Source: Candidatus Eiseniibacteriota bacterium (lineage in GTDB: Bacteria; Eisenbacteria; RBG-16-71-46; SZUA-252). Taken from it: a stretch of DNA of 64,000 bases. Made by a program: the position numbers and the translations under genes. The stretch covers positions 393,701 through 457,700 of the forward strand of contig OY969801.1 in assembly GCA_963703225.1 (NCBI GenBank), in the 5' to 3' direction. Positions 59,104 through 64,000 of this stretch are shown in pieces; position 1 is the stretch's first letter, and each line of letters begins with the position of its first letter. Under the pieces are notes generated by a model. That model was not told the origin of the DNA. It did no database searches and saw only the letters and a list, made by a program, of their open reading frames with translations.

Positions 59104-60174
59104 ATGCAGGCCGGATCCGTCCGTCTCCCCGGCAGGGTGCTCCTTTCGCCGCTCTGCGGCGTGACCGATTCTCCCTTCCGGAGATTGGCTCGCCGGCATG
59201 GCGCGGCCATGGTCTTCTGCGAGATGACCTCCTCGGACGGGCTCGTCCGAAAGAATCCCAAGACATTCGAGCTGCTCGAGTACCGCGAAGAAGAGCGGCC
59301 CGTCGGCGCGCAGCTCTGCGGCGCCGATCCGGCCGTCATGGCCGACGCGGCCCGGATGGTCGCCGACCTCGGCTTCGACACGATCGATCTGAATTACGGC
59401 TGCCCGGTCCGCAAGGTGATCGCGCGGGAGGCGGGCGCGGCCATGCTCACCGACATGGATCGGCTGGAGCGGGTCACGGCCGCCGTGGTCAACGCGGTCT
59501 CCCTACCCGTCACGGCCAAGATCCGGATCGGCTGGGACCAGAACTCCACCAACGCCCCGGACGTGGCGCGGGTGCTCGAGCGGTCCGGCGTCCGATGGAT
59601 CACCGTGCACGCCCGTGCCCGCTCCGAAAAGTTTGCCGGCCAGGCGCACTGGGAGGTGATCGGCCAGGTCAAGGAAGCCGTGACGCTCCCCGTGATCGGA
59701 AATGGCGACGTCAAGGCGCCGGAGGACGCCGAGCGGATGATCCGCGAGACCGGCTGCGACGGCGTCATGGTGGGGCGTGGATCGTTCGGCAATCCTTGGC
59801 TCTTCGGCCGCGCCCAGCGGCTCCTGGACAGCGGCGATCCCGGGCCCGAGCCGACGCCGAGGGAGCGGATCGAGACCGCGGTTTCCCATCTCCACGATCT
59901 GGCGCAGAAGAAGGGGGAGTACGCGGCGACCCTGATGCGCAAGCACATCGCATGGTACGTGCGCGGCCTCTACGACAACTCGGCGCTCTGTCGGGAAGTG
60001 AACCACGCCAAGACCCCCGCGGAGACCGAGGCGCTCCTCTGGCGCTACCTCGAGAAGCTGGAACGCGCGCCGACTCCCTACGCGCCCATTCATGCGGAGC
60101 CCGGGGAGGAGGCGGAGGAGCGCGGCGCGGAGGCCGCCTCCGCCGAGATGAATGGATCCTGCTCGCCTCCGTAA
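59104..60174 (+). CDS. dusB: tRNA-dihydrouridine synthase
   Basis: GVTDSPFR, DLNYGCP, TAKIRIG, TVHAR, IGNGD, VMVGRG, GNPW. Confidence 0.93.
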   Translation: MQAGSVRLPGRVLLSPLCGVTDSPFRRLARRHGAAMVFCEMTSSDGLVRKNPKTFELLEYREEERPVGAQLCGADPAVMADAARMVADLGFDTIDLNYGCPVRKVIAREAGAAMLTDMDRLERVTAAVVNAVSLPVTAKIRIGWDQNSTNAPDVARVLERSGVRWITVHARARSEKFAGQAHWEVIGQVKEAVTLPVIGNGDVKAPEDAERMIRETGCDGVMVGRGSFGNPWLFGRAQRLLDSGDPGPEPTPRERIETAVSHLHDLAQKKGEYAATLMRKHIAWYVRGLYDNSALCREVNHAKTPAETEALLWRYLEKLERAPTPYAPIHAEPGEEAEERGAEAASAEMNGSCSPP

Positions 60175-60949
60175 GATTCTCGGAGACGTTCGCCGCGGTC
60201 GTCTCGGCACGCGGGAGGCTCTCGAGGCTCTCGCCCGGCTCCCGTTCGAGACCGTCGGCCCAGCCTTAGTCGACCACCACCGAAGTCTCCGCCAGCACCT
60301 TCCCGAAGTCATCTATTGCCAGGGAAAGACCGCGCCGCAATGCGTCGCGATCGCGCGCTCGATCGTCAAGAAGAGCGGGCGCTGCCTGGCCACGCGGGCA
60401 TCCCGCGCCCAGGCGGGGTCCCTCCTGGGCGCGTTCGGCGACGAGGCGACCTGGAACGAGGCGGCGCGCGCCGTGGTCATCGAGCGGCGAAAGCGCGCGG
60501 GAAGGCGCTCGGGCCGGCGCCCAGCGCGAACGAGCGGCTCGGTGCTCGTGGTCAGCGCCGGGACCTCGGACCTGCCCGTCGCGGAGGAGGCCGTCGTGAC
60601 CTTGGATTTCATGGGAGTGCCCGTTAGCCGGGTGTACGATGCAGGTGTGGCGGGAATCCACAGGCTTCTCGCCCACATGGGCGCGCTCCGGAGCGCCTCG
60701 GCGGTGGTCGTCGTGGCGGGCATGGAAGGCGCCCTCGCGAGCGTCGTGGGCGGGATCACCGATCGCCCCGTGATCGCGGTTCCGACGAGCGTCGGCTACG
60801 GCGCCTCGTACGGCGGACTGGCGGCGCTCCTCGCGATGTTGAATTCCTGCGCCGCGGGAGTCACCGTGGTCAACATCGACAACGGTTTCGGCGCCGGCTA
60901 CGCCGCCGGCGTCATCGCGCGCCAGTCGAGCGCGAGGAGACGTGCATGA
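60152..60949 (+). CDS. larB: Nickel-pincer cofactor biosynthesis protein LarB
   Basis: DHHR...PEVIYCQGKT, AGTSDLPVAEEA, VAGMEGAL, PTSVGYG, VNIDNGFGA. Confidence 0.93.
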   Translation: MDPARLRKILGDVRRGRLGTREALEALARLPFETVGPALVDHHRSLRQHLPEVIYCQGKTAPQCVAIARSIVKKSGRCLATRASRAQAGSLLGAFGDEATWNEAARAVVIERRKRAGRRSGRRPARTSGSVLVVSAGTSDLPVAEEAVVTLDFMGVPVSRVYDAGVAGIHRLLAHMGALRSASAVVVVAGMEGALASVVGGITDRPVIAVPTSVGYGASYGGLAALLAMLNSCAAGVTVVNIDNGFGAGYAAGVIARQSSARRRA

Positions 60950-60971
60950 CGACTTCAGGGGCGGTCCGCGC

Positions 60972-62153
60972 GTGAGCATCGTCTACTTCGACTGCGTCGC
61001 CGGGGCATCGGGCGACATGGTTCTCGGGTCGCTGGTCGCGCTCGGCGCGCCGCTCCAGGAGATCGAGCGAAAGCTGAAGGCCCTCCCGCTCGAGGGATTC
61101 ACCCTCGGCGAGGCGCGGGTAGAGCGCCACGGCTTCGAGGCCTTTCAACTCCAGGTCGAGACGCGGGACACAAAGTCCCATCGTCATTTCACCGAAATCC
61201 GCCGCCTCTTGGAAGGCGCGAAGCTTCCCGAGCGCGTGCTCCGGCGCGCGCTCGGCACGTTCGAGGTGCTCGGCAAGGCCGAGGCGGAGGCGCACGGCGT
61301 GCCGCTCGAGAAGGTGCATTTCCACGAGGTCGGCGCGGTCGACGCGATCGTCGACATCGTCGGCACCGCCTGGGCGCTGGAGCTGCTTGGCGTGGAGCGC
61401 TGCCATGCGTCGGTGATTCCGCAGGGCCGCGGCTTTGTGAAGTCCGCGCACGGGGTGCTGCCCGTGCCGGCGCCGGCGACGCTTCGAATCTTGGAAGGTG
61501 TCGCCGTGCGGGCGACCGAAATCGAAGCGGAGCTGACGACGCCCACCGGCGCCGCGCTCCTCAAGACGCTCTGCGAGACCATCGGCGAACCTGTCGGGAT
61601 CCGACCGCGGAAGATCGGCGTGGCCACCGGCACCCTGGACCTCAAGGAGAGGCCGAACATCCTCCGCGCCATCCTGGGCGATCCGCTCGTCGGCGAGGGC
61701 GCCGGCTCGGTCGAGGTCCTCGAAACCACGATCGACGACATGAACCCGCAACTCTACGGCCACCTGACCGAGGCTCTCTTCGAGAGCGGCGCGGCGGAGG
61801 TCTTTCTCACGCCGGTCCAAATGAAGAAGGGGAGACCCGGCGTCCTGGTCACGGCCCTGTGCGACCCCCGACGCTCCTCCGCGGTGGTCGACCGCCTCTT
61901 CGCGGAATCCTCCACCATCGGCCTCCGCGTGAGGCGGGAGGGGCGGATCGAGCTCCGCCGCTCGATCCAGGAGGTGGAGACTCCCGTCGGACGCGTGCGC
62001 GTCAAGACGATCGTCCTCCCTTCGGGTGAGGAGCGCAGGGTCCCCGAATACGAGGACTTGAGGCGGGTCGCTCAAGCCACCGGTAGGCCGCTCATCGAAA
62101 TCATGGAGGAGGTCCGCGCCCACCTGCTGGAGGGCACCCGGTCCCCAACGTGA
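60972..62153 (+). CDS. larC: Nickel-pincer cofactor biosynthesis protein LarC
   Basis: YFDCVAGASGDM, VHFHEVGAVD, AHGVLPVPAPAT, TPTGAA, ETTIDD, MKKGRPG, PEYED. Confidence 0.93.
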   Translation: MSIVYFDCVAGASGDMVLGSLVALGAPLQEIERKLKALPLEGFTLGEARVERHGFEAFQLQVETRDTKSHRHFTEIRRLLEGAKLPERVLRRALGTFEVLGKAEAEAHGVPLEKVHFHEVGAVDAIVDIVGTAWALELLGVERCHASVIPQGRGFVKSAHGVLPVPAPATLRILEGVAVRATEIEAELTTPTGAALLKTLCETIGEPVGIRPRKIGVATGTLDLKERPNILRAILGDPLVGEGAGSVEVLETTIDDMNPQLYGHLTEALFESGAAEVFLTPVQMKKGRPGVLVTALCDPRRSSAVVDRLFAESSTIGLRVRREGRIELRRSIQEVETPVGRVRVKTIVLPSGEERRVPEYEDLRRVAQATGRPLIEIMEEVRAHLLEGTRSPT

Positions 62154-63946
62154 TCCGGCTCGAGGCGGCGACGGCCACGGTTCCGGCGGCCTCGGCCCAC
62201 GACGCCCCTCGTCCCATCCTCCGCGAGCTGAACGCGGAATTCCGGCCCGGCGAGATCCACCTCATCCTCGGGCCGAACGGCGCCGGCAAGACCACCCTGA
62301 TCCGGCTTCTCGCGGGGATGGTGCGGCCGACATCGGGTCGCGTCCTCCACTTTGGGGTCCCCGACGGGCCGGAGCGCGGCCGTTCGCCTCTCTGGCCGCG
62401 CGTCGCGGTTCTCTTCGAGGAACCCGATCCCCAATTCCTCACCGACACGGTCGAGGCCGAGGTCGCCTTTGGGCTCGAGTCCATCGGCCTCCCACCGGAG
62501 AGGATCCGGTCTCGAACGGGAGAGGTGCTCGAGTCGTTCGAGCTCGCGGGCTTCGAGCGACGCGCGCCGCTCTCCTTGAGCGCCGGTGAGAAGGTCCGCG
62601 CGCTCCTGGCCGCCGCGATGGCCGGCCGGCCGAAGGTCCTGCTCATCGACCAAGCATTCGCTCACCTGGATCCGGGCCATCGACGCGCCATCGAGCGTCG
62701 GCTCGTGACCGACGCGCTCTCGAGCGAAAGCACCCTGATTCGAACCCATCAAGATTCTGACTCCCCGCATGCGGGAGAACGGCTCCAGATTCTCGACGGA
62801 GCCCGGCTCGCCGATGCGACAGACCTGTCGCCTTCGTCGGTCCTCGAGGCTGAGCGCGTCGCCCTCCCCCTCCCGATGCGCCTCTCGGCGCTCCTCGCAG
62901 GGCGGGGCATGTGGGACGGGCCCCTCGCGAAGGATTCGATGTCGCTCGCGCTAGGCTTGGGTATTGGGCACTCGTGCGTCGGCGCCGTGCGCTGGGACGA
63001 GTCCCCGGACTGGGGGGGCGTCGCCCTCGCCCCACCGGTCGCGTCGCCCCCCATCCACTCCGGCGACGCGGTGCTCGCGATCCAGGGCGTCGACTACGCG
63101 GCGGGGGGAGGAAGCGCGCGTGCGCCTCTGCTCGACGGAATCTCTCTGGAGTTGCGCGGGGGGGAGGTGGCCGCGTTGGTCGGGGTGAGCGGGTCGGGAA
63201 AGAGCACTCTGCTCAAGCTCGCGGCAGGGCTTCTCGCGCCCACAGCAGGCTCTGTGCGTCGGGCGCTCCCCCGAGGCTCACGAGGGCGATCGACGGGGCT
63301 TGCCCTCGAGTATCCCGAAAGGCAACTCTTTGGACGAACCGTGGAGGAGGACGTGGAAGCGTCTCTCTGGGTCGAGGGCGTGCCCTTGGCCGAGCGTCGA
63401 GCGCGTGGGCGCCAGGCATTGGATCTCGTCGGCCTCGATCCCGATCGGTTTCGTTTGCGCGTTCCGCTCACATTGAGCGAGGGCGAGAAACGGAGGGTGG
63501 CGCTGGCCTCACTTCTCGCGGACCGGCCGAGCGTGATCCTCCTGGACGAGCCGACCGCCGGGCTCGATCCCGGGGGAAGGCGCGCCCTGGTGAGCGCGGT
63601 GCTTGGGTTGAGCGCCGGGGGCCACGCGATCTTGCTGGCGAGCCACGACCTCGACTTCGTCTCCTCGGTCGCCGATCGAGTCTACGTGCTCGGGCGGGAG
63701 AGAGGGGAGCCGGGCTCGACTCTGGCCGCGGGAGCTCCAGCCTCGATCTTCCGCGACCCGGCGCTCCTACGACGCGCGGCGCTTCCGGCGCCCGACTTCC
63801 TCTGGGCCGAGTGGGCGCTCCGTTGCAGAGGACTGCTCGGGGCCGACCCGGTGCGCGACGCCGATTCGCTCCTTTCGGGGCTGGCGCGAGGTCTCGCGGC
63901 CGGGACCGCCGCCGCGACAGGGTCGCGGGCGGCGCTGGACCGATGA
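62150..63946 (+). CDS. ECF transporter duplicated ATPase (EcfA-EcfA' fusion)
   Basis: Two ABC cassettes: GPNGAGKT/LSAGE and GVSGSGKS/LSEGEKRRVA/LDEPTAGLD. Confidence 0.85.
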   Translation: MIRLEAATATVPAASAHDAPRPILRELNAEFRPGEIHLILGPNGAGKTTLIRLLAGMVRPTSGRVLHFGVPDGPERGRSPLWPRVAVLFEEPDPQFLTDTVEAEVAFGLESIGLPPERIRSRTGEVLESFELAGFERRAPLSLSAGEKVRALLAAAMAGRPKVLLIDQAFAHLDPGHRRAIERRLVTDALSSESTLIRTHQDSDSPHAGERLQILDGARLADATDLSPSSVLEAERVALPLPMRLSALLAGRGMWDGPLAKDSMSLALGLGIGHSCVGAVRWDESPDWGGVALAPPVASPPIHSGDAVLAIQGVDYAAGGGSARAPLLDGISLELRGGEVAALVGVSGSGKSTLLKLAAGLLAPTAGSVRRALPRGSRGRSTGLALEYPERQLFGRTVEEDVEASLWVEGVPLAERRARGRQALDLVGLDPDRFRLRVPLTLSEGEKRRVALASLLADRPSVILLDEPTAGLDPGGRRALVSAVLGLSAGGHAILLASHDLDFVSSVADRVYVLGRERGEPGSTLAAGAPASIFRDPALLRRAALPAPDFLWAEWALRCRGLLGADPVRDADSLLSGLARGLAAGTAAATGSRAALDR

Positions 63947-64000
63947 GCAACCAGGCCGCCGTCGATACCTACCTCGGGGGCATGTTCGTCCCGGCCGACC
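63943..64000 (+). CDS. Probable ECF transmembrane component EcfT, 5' fragment
   Basis: ATGA overlap; MSNQAAVDTYLGGMFVPAD resembles the EcfT N-terminal G-x-Y/F-x-P-x-D; follows the ECF ATPase. Confidence 0.5.
   Translation, partial: MSNQAAVDTYLGGMFVPAD

Noticed and set aside
1-64000. Many long antisense or alternate-frame ORFs; also tRNA, rRNA, integrase and transposase genes
   Set aside because: The shadow ORFs are expected at high GC and overlap motif-supported genes. No RNA-gene or mobile-element signatures were recognised.

Overview
High-GC bacterial chromosomal window from a diderm organism (LpxH, Omp85-like, TolC, PorV and a T9SS-type C-terminal domain). The gene style suggests an FCB-related lineage such as Candidatus Eisenbacteria; this is inference only. 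Most of the window is housekeeping or envelope genes: ECF sigma/anti-sigma, NtrY/NtrX-like two-component system, rlmN, ppx, lpxH, degP, amiC, nagZ, rsgA, csp, ampG, ogg, HU/IHF, ltaE, rsmI, PIP-synthase/ino1, tmk, ctpA, dusB, larB/larC and an ECF transporter. Several genes carry single-base frameshifts that look like long-read errors. The most interesting locus is 9.4-20.3 kb. A sigma70 promoter and structured leader precede a 100-aa secreted peptide-like ORF, followed by a TPR-GAF-AAA+(sigma54)-HTH activator. After that is an AT-rich intergenic region with two -24/-12 sigma54 promoters. One drives an ORF-less ~135-nt rod-shaped RNA ending in a U-tract. The other drives a lipoprotein / DUF4384 / M6-protease-T9SS cargo / PorV operon. 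This is a candidate peptide-signal to sigma54 to sRNA circuit (quorum-sensing-like). A second accessory block (about 30.4-42.9 kb) encodes a GT2-deacetylase fusion, an RND pump, a half-REC/histidine kinase chimera and AsnB. Two housekeeping genes appear to start with CTG. No rRNA, tRNA, CRISPR array or transposase was seen.
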